Below are positions 30,552 through 39,095 of a stretch of 64,000 bases of DNA, piece by piece. The notes under the pieces were generated by a model. It was not told the DNA's origin. It did no database searches and was given only the letters and a program-made list of their open reading frames with translations. Position 1 is the stretch's first letter, and every line of letters begins with the position of its first letter. The DNA comes from an uncultured Lentisphaeraceae bacterium. Lineage in GTDB: Bacteria > Verrucomicrobiota > Kiritimatiellia > RFP12 > UBA1067. The position numbers were made by a program, and so were the translations under genes. The stretch covers positions 21,111-85,110 of the forward strand of contig CAYZYQ010000002.1 in the NCBI GenBank assembly GCA_964482645.1, read 5' to 3'.

Positions 30552-32135
30552 ATGTCCTTCTTCGCATTGACCAGCAGTACGTGGAGCGGCCTGTCCGACG
30601 GCGTGGCGATTCTCATCATCGCCGCGCTGCTCGTGTGCGGGGCGTTGCTGGGCTATGCGTTGCGCGCGTTCATCGGCCGCGTTCGCGCGGAATCGATCGA
30701 GCGGCGGTTGCGTCTGCGGACGGCGGAATGCGAATCGGAAATCAAGGCGCGTCTGAAAGAGGCCGACATCGCCGCGCGCGCGACGGTGCTGAAAGCAAAG
30801 GAGGAGTTTGCGGCGTCGACGAAGAAACGCCTCGCCGAACTCCAGGCCGTTGAGGAACGGCAGACGCGGCGCGAGGACAATCTGGATCGCAAGGCGGCGA
30901 ATTTGGATGCGCGTGAAACGGCTGTGGCGGCGCGGGCGACGGCGGCGGAACAGGCCGAGACGGCCGCGCGTGAAATGTCGGCCGCCGCAGACCAACGGTT
31001 TCAGACCCTCGCCCGCATGACGCACCAGGAGGCGCGGCGGGAGATTCTGGCGCGGGCGAACGCCGAACTTCGTGCCGACGCAGCCATCCTGTCGCGGCGC
31101 ATCCAGGAGGCGGCGCGGGAACAGGGCGCGGCGCGTGCGGCGAAAATTGTGGCCGAGGCGATTCAGCGGTGCGCCGTGGCGCAAGTCAGCGAATGGACGA
31201 CGACGGCGATGGCGTTGCCGTCGGCGGAGATGAAGGGGCGGCTCGTCGGTCGCGACGGGCGCAACATTCGCGCGTTCGAGGCGGCGACGGGCGTGTCGCT
31301 CGTGCTGGATGAAACGCCGGAGACGGTCGTGTTGTCGGCGTTCAATCCCGTCCGCCGCGAAGTGGCCCGCCGGGCGTTGACGGTGCTGTTGGCCGATGGA
31401 CGCATTCATCCCGCCGCAATCGAGGCGGCCGTGGCGACGGCGGAACAGGCCGTGACGCAGGACATGGTGGAGGCGGGAACGTCGGCCGCGATGGAGGCCG
31501 GCGTCACGGGGCTGGGCGCGGAGACGTTGCGGCTGATGGGGACGCTTGCGTATCGGACGTCGTGGACGCAGAACGTGCTGCGTCATTCCGTCGAAGTCGC
31601 GTTGTTGACGGGCGCGTTGGCGGCGGAGATGGGGTTGGATGTCGACCATGCGCGGCGAGTCGGCTTCCTTCACGACATCGGCAAGGCGTTGACTATCGAG
31701 CAGAAGGGCGCCCATGCGCCGCTGGGCGCTCAGTGGCTCAAGGCGCACGGCGCGTCCGCGTCGGTGTGCGCCGCCGTGGCGGCGCACCATGGCGATCCGG
31801 GCACGGACGGCGGCGTGTACGGTGTTTTGTGTGCGGCGGCGGATGCGATTTCGTCGGCGCGGCCGGGCGCCCGTCGCGAGACGGCGGGGACGTACGTGGC
31901 GCGGCTTGAACAAGTGGAGCGTCTGGCGCGTGCACACGCCGGCGTGACGAGCGCATTCGCCGTGCAGGCCGGCCGCGATCTGCGGGTGATTGTGGATCCG
32001 GCGGCCGTGACGGATGCCGAAGCGTCCGTGTTGGCGGGCGAGATTTGCCGTGAGATTTCCGCGCAGACGACGATTCCCGGCCTTGTGCGCGTGACGGTCG
32101 TACGGGAATTGCGGTGCGTTGAATACGCGAAATGA
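30552..32135 (+). CDS. rny: ribonuclease Y
   Basis: N-terminal TM helix, a long coiled coil, a KH region (GRLVGRDGRNIRAFE) and an HD domain (HSVEVALLTGALAAEMGLD...GFLHDIGK). Confidence 0.9.
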   Translation: MSFFALTSSTWSGLSDGVAILIIAALLVCGALLGYALRAFIGRVRAESIERRLRLRTAECESEIKARLKEADIAARATVLKAKEEFAASTKKRLAELQAVEERQTRREDNLDRKAANLDARETAVAARATAAEQAETAAREMSAAADQRFQTLARMTHQEARREILARANAELRADAAILSRRIQEAAREQGAARAAKIVAEAIQRCAVAQVSEWTTTAMALPSAEMKGRLVGRDGRNIRAFEAATGVSLVLDETPETVVLSAFNPVRREVARRALTVLLADGRIHPAAIEAAVATAEQAVTQDMVEAGTSAAMEAGVTGLGAETLRLMGTLAYRTSWTQNVLRHSVEVALLTGALAAEMGLDVDHARRVGFLHDIGKALTIEQKGAHAPLGAQWLKAHGASASVCAAVAAHHGDPGTDGGVYGVLCAAADAISSARPGARRETAGTYVARLEQVERLARAHAGVTSAFAVQAGRDLRVIVDPAAVTDAEASVLAGEICREISAQTTIPGLVRVTVVRELRCVEYAK

Positions 32136-32156
32136 GCAAGTGAAAGGAGTGCGGAC

Positions 32157-34025
32157 ATGAAGAGAGTTCTGTTTTGGACGTTAACGTGCGTGTTGGGCGT
32201 ACAGGCGGGCTTGGTCGAAGAGACGAAGTCGCGGCCGGTGCTGGCGGGTGCGGTCGTGCTGGCGCCGTTCGAGACAGTGTCGGCGAAAGTGACGAATCTG
32301 GGCGCGACGATCAACAACCCGCTCGTGCCCATGCTTGTCTGCACGGCGCTCCAGCAGCAGCTGACGCAGACCTACGGGGCGTTCCGGTCGGATGCGCCGA
32401 TGGGCTGGCTGAGTTATGTGCAGACGCCCGCGTTCGACATTGCGGCGACGAACGACGATCGTGTGGCCGTGGCCGATCTGGCCGAGATTGTCTTCGTCTA
32501 TCCGAGCGTCGACAAGGCGGCGGGGATGCTGTTGAACAATCCGGGATCGACGAAGACGCCCGACGGCGCCATTCGTCTGCTGCCGAGCGAAACGCGCCCG
32601 AAGGAATTGTATGCGCGGTTTACGGCGGATGGCCGCCACTGCGCGTTCGCGTCGTCTGCCGCGCTTGCGGCGCAGGCGTTGGCGGACTTCGCGAAAGTCG
32701 ATCGGTCGGACGCGCCGGGCGGGACGCGCCCGTTGGCGACGGTCTCCGTGACGACGCGCGGGTTGACGGTCATCGCGTCCCATTATCGGGGGCTTGACGT
32801 TGCCGTGAACACGGAGGAGAAGGAGGCGTCTGCGGCGGCCGTCGAGCGCAAGATCCAGGAGATGCTGACGGCGCGGAACAAGCGTCAGATGGCGCAGTTG
32901 GGACAACTCGCGGGCATTGAGATGACGCTGGATCTGGATGCGCAGGGGTTGTCGGTGGTCGGCAAGGCGCAGGCGAAGCCCGGCCGCACGACGGCGACGG
33001 CGGGGTTCCGTCTCCCGGCGGGCGCGTTCGACCGGCTGCCGTCGTCCGCGATGCTCTTCGGCGCGGGGAGTGTCTACGACATGAGTGGCTATGCGTCCGC
33101 CGCCGACTTCACGGCAGACCGGACGTTCTTTACGACGCTCGTCGAATGTCTGCCCGAACTCGCGGCACAGGACAAATCGAAAAGCGTTTCGCAGACGTGC
33201 GTGGTCGAGTTGAAGAATATGCTCGTGGAGGCGTTGTCGGCTTTTCCCGTGCCGACGGCGACGGACTGGGAGGCGACGGCCGTGGTGTGCGATGTGGCGC
33301 GTCATCCCGCACTCGTGTCCGTGGGCGAGCGGGCGGCCTCGGTGCAGTGGAACGCCGTGGGCGACAAGATGATGGCGCGTTTGGCGGCCTGGCTGGAGAA
33401 GGTTTACCCGAAAACGAAGTTTTTGACCGTGGCCGGCGCGGGCGACTACCGGATTGATTGCCACGCGGTGATTGACCATGCGGGCGCTCAGGCGGGTATC
33501 AAACCGACGGATGCGGCGGCGAAGGATCTGGCGGACGGCAAGAAGAATCTCGCGGACATTCTAGGCGGCGCGACGTTGCAGATTCGGACGACGGGCGAAG
33601 GGACGGCGTACCAGACGACGCTGGCGTATTCGGGTTTCAAGTCGGCGGCGGGGGGAATGACGCCCGAAGCGCGTTTGGCGGCCGCCTTGCCGGAAGTGGC
33701 GAAGGAACGCCCCTCCGCCGCGTTCTACGCGACGCCCTATGCGTTTGTGCGCGACGTCGTGCTGCCAATCGTCGTCAAGTTGACGGAGAAGGAGACGTCG
33801 GAGCAGTGTGCGGCGATGATGAAGGCGATGACGCCGGCGGCGGCGAACAGCGCCTGGGCGGGCGCGACGTGGAACGACGCGGACGGGTCGATCCGTTTCG
33901 TTTCCCGCATTACGTCGAACGAACTCAAGAACTTCGGCGCGGCGTTCAACGCTTTCACGGCGGCGTCGATGTCCGCCGCGCTGAGCGGCGATGATGCGGA
34001 AGAAGACGCCGAGGACGACGAATGA
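32157..34025 (+). CDS. secreted hypothetical protein with an acidic C-terminal tail
   Basis: Signal-like N-terminus MKRVLFWTLTCVLGVQAG. 622 aa in a GC3-rich frame. Ends in GDDAEEDAEDDE. No family recognised. Confidence 0.5.
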   Translation: MKRVLFWTLTCVLGVQAGLVEETKSRPVLAGAVVLAPFETVSAKVTNLGATINNPLVPMLVCTALQQQLTQTYGAFRSDAPMGWLSYVQTPAFDIAATNDDRVAVADLAEIVFVYPSVDKAAGMLLNNPGSTKTPDGAIRLLPSETRPKELYARFTADGRHCAFASSAALAAQALADFAKVDRSDAPGGTRPLATVSVTTRGLTVIASHYRGLDVAVNTEEKEASAAAVERKIQEMLTARNKRQMAQLGQLAGIEMTLDLDAQGLSVVGKAQAKPGRTTATAGFRLPAGAFDRLPSSAMLFGAGSVYDMSGYASAADFTADRTFFTTLVECLPELAAQDKSKSVSQTCVVELKNMLVEALSAFPVPTATDWEATAVVCDVARHPALVSVGERAASVQWNAVGDKMMARLAAWLEKVYPKTKFLTVAGAGDYRIDCHAVIDHAGAQAGIKPTDAAAKDLADGKKNLADILGGATLQIRTTGEGTAYQTTLAYSGFKSAAGGMTPEARLAAALPEVAKERPSAAFYATPYAFVRDVVLPIVVKLTEKETSEQCAAMMKAMTPAAANSAWAGATWNDADGSIRFVSRITSNELKNFGAAFNAFTAASMSAALSGDDAEEDAEDDE

Positions 34026-34066
34026 CGCACCGTCCGTGCGGGAGTTCCTTTTTCAAAGGAGGCACA

Positions 34067-34075
34067 TGATATAAT
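34067..34075 (+). promoter_or_regulatory. extended -10 element TGaTATAAT for folE
   Basis: cacaTGaTATAATggc was read directly. ATG 34086 lies 10 nt downstream. Confidence 0.4.
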
Positions 34076-34085
34076 GGCTTGTTGT

Positions 34086-34649
34086 ATGAAAGTTCCGAAT
34101 GAAGAGAAGATTGCCGGGCTGGTCAGAGAGCTGCTGGTGGAACTCGGCGAAGACCCCGACCGAGATGGCTTGTTGAAGACGCCCATGCGCGTGGCGAAGT
34201 CGCTTGCGTTTCTGACGCGCGGCTACCGCCAGACGCCGAAGGAGGTTTTGAACGAGGCCGTGTTCGAGGCCGAGGCGAACCACATGATTGTTTTGAAGGA
34301 CATCGAGGTCTACTCGATGTGCGAGCATCACATGCTGCCGTTCTTCGGCACGTGCGCGATTGGCTACATCGCGAAGAACAAAGTGCTGGGCGTATCGAAA
34401 CTCGCGCGAATCGTTGACGTCTTTGCCCGCCGGCTGCAGATCCAGGAACGTCTGACCGAACAGGTCGCCGCCGCGATCGAGGAAATGGCCGGCGCGGAGG
34501 GCGTGGGCGTCGTCTTCAAATGCCGCCATCTCTGCATGATGATGCGCGGCGTGGAGAAGCAGAATTCAGAGATGGTCACGTCGGCGATGCTGGGCAGTTT
34601 TCGGTCGGACGAAAAAGTCCGCCAGGAGTTTCTGTCGCTCATCCGCTGA
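34086..34649 (+). CDS. folE: GTP cyclohydrolase I
   Basis: [51 protein letters not shown]. The start was set at ATG 34086 because ATG 34074 lies inside the predicted -10 box. Confidence 0.9.
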   Translation: MKVPNEEKIAGLVRELLVELGEDPDRDGLLKTPMRVAKSLAFLTRGYRQTPKEVLNEAVFEAEANHMIVLKDIEVYSMCEHHMLPFFGTCAIGYIAKNKVLGVSKLARIVDVFARRLQIQERLTEQVAAAIEEMAGAEGVGVVFKCRHLCMMMRGVEKQNSEMVTSAMLGSFRSDEKVRQEFLSLIR

Positions 34650-34705
34650 CGGCGGTGCGCACGGAACGTGGCACGACGGATGGTGAATATCCACGGAAAG
34701 AAGGA

Positions 34706-36469
34706 ATGGGAATGATGTCGAATCGTTTGTTGCTGAAAGGACTATGCGCCAGTGGCGCGTTGTTCGCAGGTGTTTTGTGTGCCGTCGCGGGCGGAGGTGC
34801 GGAAAAGGCCGATCCGCGTACGCGCACGTTCGTGTCGCCCGTGCGTGTCGTCTGGACATCGCAGGGTGCGACATACGGTGACCGCGCGTCCGTCAAGGAC
34901 GCCGAGGCGTTGTTGCGGCCGGTGCATGGGCAGGTGCCCGAACGCCAGTGGGGGCAACCGAGCGGCTGCACGTTGGAGAATCGCGGGGCGCCGGCCGGCC
35001 TTGTGCTGGACTTCGGTCGTGAACTCCACGGCGGCCTTCACATCGCCAACGGGGCGCAGGGACAGCCGGGGATGCGCGTCCGTCTCCGTTTCGGTGAATC
35101 GGTGGGCGAGGTGATGGCCGAGTTTGGCGAGAAGAGCGCGACGAACGACCATGCGATTCGCGATTCGATCGAGACGCTGCCCGCGTTCGGCGGGCGCGAG
35201 TTCGGCAACACCGGTTTCCGTTTTGTCCGGATCGACCTCGTGTCCACGGGGCGGCTGACGCTGGAAAACGTTCGCGCCGTGTCGCTGATGCGGCCGATGG
35301 CGCGTGTCGGGGCATTCAAGTCGAGCGACGCGCGTTTGAACGCCGTGTGGGAAACGGCCGTCCGCACTGTCCATCTCTGCTGTCAGGACTACCTTTGGGA
35401 CGGCATCAAGCGCGACCGTCTTGTGTGGTTGGGCGACACGCATCCCGAAACACGCGCGATTCTTTCGGTCTTCGGCGCGGCGGCGGTCTTGCCCGAATCG
35501 CTCGACTACGCCATTGCCACCACGCCCACGAACACGTGGATGAACACGATGCCGAACTACACGTTGTGGTTTCTCCGCAACGTGCATGACTGGTATGCCT
35601 ACACGGGCGACGCGGGTTACGTCCGCGCGCGCGCCGCCTATTTGAAGGCGACGATCGATCGTGTTCTCGGCCACATGGACGCGGACGGGCATTCGACGAT
35701 GCCGGGCTTTCTCGACTGGCCCACGCAGCACAACCAGCCCGCCGTCGTGGCCGGTACGCAGGCGCTTCACGCCCTCGCGCTGGATGACGCGGCCGTGTTG
35801 GCGGACGTGATGGGCAATGCCGCGTTGGCGGCGCGGTGCCGTGCGGGCGCGGCGAAGTTGCGGACGATTCATCCCGAACCCGAGGGCGCCAAGTCTGCGG
35901 CCGCGCTTCTTGCGTTGGGCGGATTGCGGACGCCGAAGGAGATGTTCGATCAGGTTCTGGGACAGAAGGGTCTGGCGGGCGTCTCGACGTTCTACGGCTA
36001 CTACATGCTGGAGGCCATGAGCGCGGCGGGGCGGAACCAGCACGCGCTGAACACGGTGCGCGACTACTGGGGCGCAATGCTTGACATGGGCGCGACGAGC
36101 TTTTGGGAGGACTTCAACGTCGCCTGGACGAACAACGCCACGCGCATCGACGAGTTGCCCGCGCCGGGCAAGAAGGATATCCACGGCGACTTCGGCGAAT
36201 TCTGCTATCCGGGCTATCGCCATTCACTCTGCCACGGATGGAGCGCCGGTCCGGCGGCCTGGTGCATCAACCACGTGTTGGGGCTTCAGGCCATGGATGT
36301 CGGGTGTAAGACGATACGGGTCAAACCGTTCCTCGGCGACCTCCAGTGGGCCGAAGGGGCGTTGGCCACGCCGTTCGGCCCGGTGCGCGTCCGCCATGTG
36401 AAAAAGCCGGACGGCACGATTGAAACGGCCGTCGAGGCGCCGCATGGCGTTAAGATCGTCCGGGAATAG
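34706..36469 (+). CDS. exported six-hairpin glycosidase, alpha-L-rhamnosidase (GH78)-like
   Basis: Signal peptide MSNRLLLKGLCASGALFAGVLCAVA. QDYLWDGIKRDRLVWLGD resembles the GH78 DCP.R(D)ER..W.GD block. The C-terminal region reads YPGYRHSLCHGWSAGP. The start (34706, 34712 or 34715) is uncertain. Confidence 0.55.
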   Translation: MGMMSNRLLLKGLCASGALFAGVLCAVAGGGAEKADPRTRTFVSPVRVVWTSQGATYGDRASVKDAEALLRPVHGQVPERQWGQPSGCTLENRGAPAGLVLDFGRELHGGLHIANGAQGQPGMRVRLRFGESVGEVMAEFGEKSATNDHAIRDSIETLPAFGGREFGNTGFRFVRIDLVSTGRLTLENVRAVSLMRPMARVGAFKSSDARLNAVWETAVRTVHLCCQDYLWDGIKRDRLVWLGDTHPETRAILSVFGAAAVLPESLDYAIATTPTNTWMNTMPNYTLWFLRNVHDWYAYTGDAGYVRARAAYLKATIDRVLGHMDADGHSTMPGFLDWPTQHNQPAVVAGTQALHALALDDAAVLADVMGNAALAARCRAGAAKLRTIHPEPEGAKSAAALLALGGLRTPKEMFDQVLGQKGLAGVSTFYGYYMLEAMSAAGRNQHALNTVRDYWGAMLDMGATSFWEDFNVAWTNNATRIDELPAPGKKDIHGDFGEFCYPGYRHSLCHGWSAGPAAWCINHVLGLQAMDVGCKTIRVKPFLGDLQWAEGALATPFGPVRVRHVKKPDGTIETAVEAPHGVKIVRE

Positions 36470-36511
36470 AACGCCGCCCGGCAAACGTGTTCTCGCAACA
36501 AGGAATCGATT

Positions 36512-37132
36512 ATGCTGACCGTGCTTGACCATCCGCTCGTCCATCACCGTCTCGCCTATCTGCGTGACGCGAAGACGCAGCCCAAACTCTTCCGCGAACT
36601 CGTGAGCGAGTTGACGACCTTTCTCGCGTTCGAGGCGTTGAAAGATCTGGCCACGGAGGATGTCGTCGTCCAGACGCCGCTGACGAAAACGGTCGGCCGC
36701 AAGGTGTCCGAAACGGTTGTGCTGGTGCCAATTCTTCGCGCGGGCATGGGAATGCTTGACGCGATGTTGCACGTGTTGCCGTTCGCGAAGGTCGGTGTGC
36801 TCGGGATGCAACGCAACGAGGAGACGGCCGAACCCGTCCCCTACTACGCGAAAGTCCCGCCGGCGAAAGGCGGCGAGCGCGTGCTCGTGATCGATCCGAT
36901 GTGCGCGACGGGCGGCAGTGCTGTGGATGCCGTGGCGCAGTTGAAGAAACTGGGCTATCGGAAGATTTCATTTCTCTGCATCGTCTCCGCGCCGGAAGGG
37001 ATTGCCCGTTTCGAGGCGCAGCACCCCGACGTGCCGATCGTGGCGGCGGCGAAAGACGAACGCCTCAACGACCATTTCTACATCGTGCCGGGGTTGGGCG
37101 ATGCCGGCGACCGCATTTTCGGAACGCTCTGA
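36512..37132 (+). CDS. upp: uracil phosphoribosyltransferase
   Basis: LVPILRAGMGM, VLVIDPMCATGGS, YIVPGLGDAGDRIFGT. Confidence 0.95.
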   Translation: MLTVLDHPLVHHRLAYLRDAKTQPKLFRELVSELTTFLAFEALKDLATEDVVVQTPLTKTVGRKVSETVVLVPILRAGMGMLDAMLHVLPFAKVGVLGMQRNEETAEPVPYYAKVPPAKGGERVLVIDPMCATGGSAVDAVAQLKKLGYRKISFLCIVSAPEGIARFEAQHPDVPIVAAAKDERLNDHFYIVPGLGDAGDRIFGTL

Positions 37133-37959
37133 TGGTGCGTCGTATCCAGCCGTGTGTCATGACAATCGCCGGCAGCGATTCCGGCGGTAACGCGGGCGTG
37201 AACGCGGATTTGCGCACGTTCCACGGGTATGGTCTGCACGGGTGTACGGTGTTCGCGGCGTTGACGGCGCAGAATCCGAAAGCCGTCCGTGCCGTTCACT
37301 TCGTTCCGCCGACGTTCATCGCCGCGCAGTTGGATGCCATTTTCGAGATGTACGCCGTGAAGGCGCTGAAGACGGGGATGCTCGCCACGGTGGCGGCGAT
37401 TGAGACGGTGGCGGCGAAACTGCGGACGAAGCCGCGCATCAAGAAAGTCATCGACCCCGTGATGGTGGCGACGAGCGGCGCGACCTTGCTTGCGGACGAT
37501 GCGCGCGCGGCGTTGGAGGAACTTCTGTTGCCGCAGGCCACGTTGATTACGCCGAACCTGCCAGAGGCCGAAGTGTTGCTGGGAGACGTTCTTGCGTCGC
37601 GAACGGACATGGAACGCGCGGCGCGGGCCTTGGCGAAAAAATACGGATGCGCCGTTCTCGTCAAGGGCGGTCATGCCGTGGACGTGCGGGAAAGCGTGAA
37701 ATCGACCGCTTGCGCGGCGGACGTGTTGTTCGACGGGCGCCGCTTGTCGTGGTTCGCGAAACCTGTCATCCCGCATCCCGTCTCCACGCACGGCACGGGC
37801 TGTTCTCTCGCGGCCGCGCTGACGTGCGAACTGGCGCGTGGCGCCTCGTGCGCGGCGGCTGTCGAAGGGGCTAAGAATTTCGTTTACGAAGCTATACGGT
37901 TATCGTATCATATAGGACGCAACTGCGGCGTACTGGGTATGCCGGAAAGGAAGAAGTAG
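37132..37959 (+). CDS. thiD: hydroxymethylpyrimidine/phosphomethylpyrimidine kinase
   Basis: ATG 37132 overlaps the upp stop. VMTIAGSDSGGNAGVNADL, ALKTGML, DPVMVATSG, LITPNLPEAE, VLVKGGH. Confidence 0.9.
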   Translation: MVRRIQPCVMTIAGSDSGGNAGVNADLRTFHGYGLHGCTVFAALTAQNPKAVRAVHFVPPTFIAAQLDAIFEMYAVKALKTGMLATVAAIETVAAKLRTKPRIKKVIDPVMVATSGATLLADDARAALEELLLPQATLITPNLPEAEVLLGDVLASRTDMERAARALAKKYGCAVLVKGGHAVDVRESVKSTACAADVLFDGRRLSWFAKPVIPHPVSTHGTGCSLAAALTCELARGASCAAAVEGAKNFVYEAIRLSYHIGRNCGVLGMPERKK

Positions 37960-37963
37960 GACG

Positions 37964-38884
37964 ATGGCGAAAGACGAAAACATGGTACAAGACGACTATT
38001 CCGCCGATGAGCTGATCATCCGCAAAAAGAAGGCGCCCGAACTGAAAGAGGGCGTCACGGCCGAGAGCGTGTTGGCAAGCGCGGCACAGGCTTTGGAGGC
38101 CGTGCGGGCCAAAAGCCCGCTCGTGCATTGCATGACCAACGTGGTCGCGGCGAATTTCACGGCGAACGCGCTGTTGGCGTTTGGCGCCCAGCCGGCCATG
38201 GTGGAAGACGTTGGCGAGGTGTCGCAATTCTCGACGGTCGCCGATGCCGTGCTGGTCAACCTCGGCACGGTGACGAAACCGCAGGGCGACGCGATGCGCG
38301 CGGCCGTTTCCCATGCGAACATGGGCGGGCGTCCCTGGGTGCTCGATCCCGTGGCCGTGGGATCGCTGCTGCCGTTGCGCACGTTTCTCGCGAAGGAGTT
38401 GATGCGTCGCTTCCCGGCCGTCATTCGTGGCAATGCATCCGAAATCGCCTACCTCGCCGGCAACGAGAAGGTGGCAAGTCGGGGCGTTTCGGCGGCCGTG
38501 ACGAGCGACGAAGTGGCGCCGCTCGTGGGCCGTCTGGCCGCCGTCACGCACGCGGCCGTGCTGGTGACGGGCGCGGTGGACTATGTGGCGCTGGAAGGCG
38601 CGCCGCTTGTGGCGATCGAAAACGGGACGCCGCTCATGACGCGCGTGACGGGCGTTGGTTGTGTGCAAGGTGCGCTTGCGGCCGCGTTTCTCGGTGCGCT
38701 CGGCGGCAAGGCCCGGTGGGAGGCCGCTTTGGCGGCGGCGCTCGTGCCGGCGATTGCTGGCGAGATGGCGGCCGAAAAGGCCACGACGCCCGGCAGCTTC
38801 CAGGCGGCTTATCTCGATGCGCTCGATGCGATCACGCCGCAGGACGTATTGACGCGCGGTCGTGTGCAGATCCATGCGTCGTAA
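37964..38884 (+). CDS. thiM: hydroxyethylthiazole kinase
   Basis: SPLVHCMTNVVAANFTANALLAFGAQPAM, PWVLDPVAVG, VIRGNASEI, TGVGC. It carries an N-terminal extension of about 40 aa if ATG 37964 is used. Confidence 0.85.
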   Translation: MAKDENMVQDDYSADELIIRKKKAPELKEGVTAESVLASAAQALEAVRAKSPLVHCMTNVVAANFTANALLAFGAQPAMVEDVGEVSQFSTVADAVLVNLGTVTKPQGDAMRAAVSHANMGGRPWVLDPVAVGSLLPLRTFLAKELMRRFPAVIRGNASEIAYLAGNEKVASRGVSAAVTSDEVAPLVGRLAAVTHAAVLVTGAVDYVALEGAPLVAIENGTPLMTRVTGVGCVQGALAAAFLGALGGKARWEAALAAALVPAIAGEMAAEKATTPGSFQAAYLDALDAITPQDVLTRGRVQIHAS

Positions 38885-38945
38885 AAGGCGTTCAGGCCAA
38901 TCCTTATTTCGTCTCCGGTTGTAACGCGATTTGGAGGCGTCTCAA

Positions 38946-38978
38946 AGTGTCCCAGCGTACGGGACACTTTTTCTTTTC
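38946..38978 (+). terminator. rho-independent terminator after thiM
   Basis: Stem AGTGTCCC, loop agcgtac, stem GGGACACT, followed by TTTTTCTTTT. Confidence 0.75.
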
Positions 38979-39000
38979 CAATTTCGCGGCCTCTCCACGG

Positions 39001-39028
39001 TTGACAAGAAAAAAAAAATGCATATAAT
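39001..39028 (+). promoter_or_regulatory. promoter of giant protein 1: TTGACA, 16-nt spacer, TATAAT, with an A10 tract in the spacer
   Basis: TTGACAagAAAAAAAAAAtgcaTATAAT was read directly. The A-run is 39009-39018. Confidence 0.6.
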
Positions 39029-39095
39029 TTTTGCTGTACGGCGGGAAAGGTCTTCCCGGCGACGGATTGTCAATCGGGTTGATAGGAGATGGTCG

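Noticed and set aside
34074-34085. ATG 34074 (the ORF-track start, MACCMK...) as the folE start.
   Set aside because: That ATG lies inside the predicted TGaTATAAT box. The downstream ATG 34086 fits a near-leaderless transcript and still precedes all conserved FolE blocks.
36470-37131. A TPP riboswitch controlling thiD-thiM.
   Set aside because: thiD overlaps the upp stop codon, and the 42-nt region upstream of upp is too short. It also lacks the conserved CUGAGA / ACCUGA elements.
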